Shown piece after piece: positions 62,998 to 64,000 of a DNA stretch of 64,000 nucleotides. This DNA comes from Macrostomum lignano (taxonomy: Eukaryota), in contig NIVC01002520.1 in assembly GCA_002269645.1 (NCBI GenBank), positions 101,321 through 165,320 on the forward strand, given 5' to 3'. The notes beneath the pieces are model-generated. The model was given only the letters and a program-made list of their open reading frames with translations. It was not told the origin of the DNA and made no database searches. Each line of letters begins with the position of its first letter. The stretch's first letter is position 1. The position numbers and the translations under genes are program-made.

Positions 62998-64000
62998 TGT
63001 TATGTACATCTGTTTGGCGATATTGATCTGTCGAAGCTAAAGTATAAATATACCAGTCGGAAGGGCAAAGGGGTTTGCATATGTAAGTTTGTGTGTACCC
63101 AGAATCAGTCTGAATTTCTCAACACAAAATTGGCGTCGCAAGCTCGGCCAACCCCGCAAGTTGGGGTTTCGAAGTTTCACTAACTAAAGTTGAGTGCCAG
63201 CCCAGCCTAGAAGCCCGCCACTGCAAAGTAAACAAGCACCTAACAGAAAAAGTACACAGTGCTCAGAATGTCTCAGTCAGCGGACAGCTCCTAGCACATC
63301 GTGGAGGTGCCAAGGATCAACATCTCGCACCAGAGCAATTCCTGCCTCAACTGGGACCGCCAACGAAGCCGTGGAATGAGTGGAAGAGCCTGTCTACAAC
63401 TACTTAATGGCGGTGGGCTTCGACACTCTACCAGACGCGAGAAAGCGAGCCATGCTTTCTGCACTGCCTGGGTGCTGAAGGACAGCGGATCTTCGCAGCG
63501 ATGCAGCCACCGCCATCTCAGAGTTCGGATGGTGAACAGACACCGCTGGGATTCGATGAGACCGTGAAGCTGCTGAAGGAGCAGTTTGGTGGCAAGACCA
63601 ACGTGATGGCGGAGCGCCACAGGTTTCGGCAGCGAGGGCAGCGACGCGCGGTGAGAAAATTGCTGACTTTGTGGCAGCGCTGTACACGCTGGCCGGCTCG
63701 TGCGAGTTCGGCGGCCATGACGGACGAGATGATTCGCGACCAGATCGTGGAGAAGGTCAGCGACAGGCGAATCAGAGAGCGCCTGCTCATCGAGGACGGC
63801 CTGACGCTCAAGACGGCGGTGACACTGAGTCAGCAGTGGGAGACCAGCATCACGGAAGCCAGGGCGATCGAGACTGGCGGGGGCAGTTGCCATGGCAAGC
63901 CGAGGCGAGGCGGATGTGAACAAGGTGCAACATCAGTTCGGAAAGTCAAGAGATCAAGGACGAGCGCCGCTGCGGGCGAGAGTCCTGTCCGAATTGCGGA
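62998..64000 (+). mobile_element. Second copy of the decayed Gypsy element (LTR, PBS and gag), running off the window end
   Basis: Aligns to 50872-51761; retains ~110 bp of gag (about 63514-63625) that is missing from copy A; many 1-bp indels. Confidence 0.9.

Larger units (their letters stand above)
45619..64000 (+). repeat. Tandem segmental duplication with ~12.1 kb period (45619-51761 matches 57375-64000)
   Basis: Same order of the 16-, 42-, ~20- and 15-bp arrays, unique spacers and Gypsy 5' end. Offset 12134 at TGGTTCTGGCGCC (46141 vs 58275). Copies differ by substitutions, array lengths and a ~110-bp gag indel. Confidence 0.92.

Overview
This window is repeat-rich animal genomic DNA with no prokaryotic system or CRISPR array. 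Its style (a minisatellite in most introns, CTGT tracts, Ala/Gln-rich ORFs) resembles a free-living flatworm such as Macrostomum, which is an inference only. There are three host genes on the + strand: a 5-exon NMNAT (7943-9593), an intronless, divergent MTCH-like SLC25 gene (11442-12305) and a ~13-14-exon AGAP/centaurin-gamma (22576-43068). The AGAP locus has a probable internal promoter and a cassette or terminal exon. Mobile DNA includes three ~3 kb non-autonomous Helitrons (two head-to-tail), each carrying a hAT-like CT-rich insert, and a very young BEL/Pao LTR element (identical 306-bp LTRs, TATAT TSD, tRNA-iMet PBS). There is also a decayed Ty3/Gypsy element fused to a Harbinger fragment. 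From 45.6 kb to the end the window is a ~12.1 kb-period tandem duplication bounded by a 16-bp satellite and containing a duplicated WSC-domain exon. Most long ORFs in the supplied track are artefacts of tandem repeats. I found no new multi-gene system; the best leads are the AGAP isoform architecture, the one-private-minisatellite-per-intron pattern and the Helitron-associated structures. Satellite boundaries are approximate to about 10 bp.
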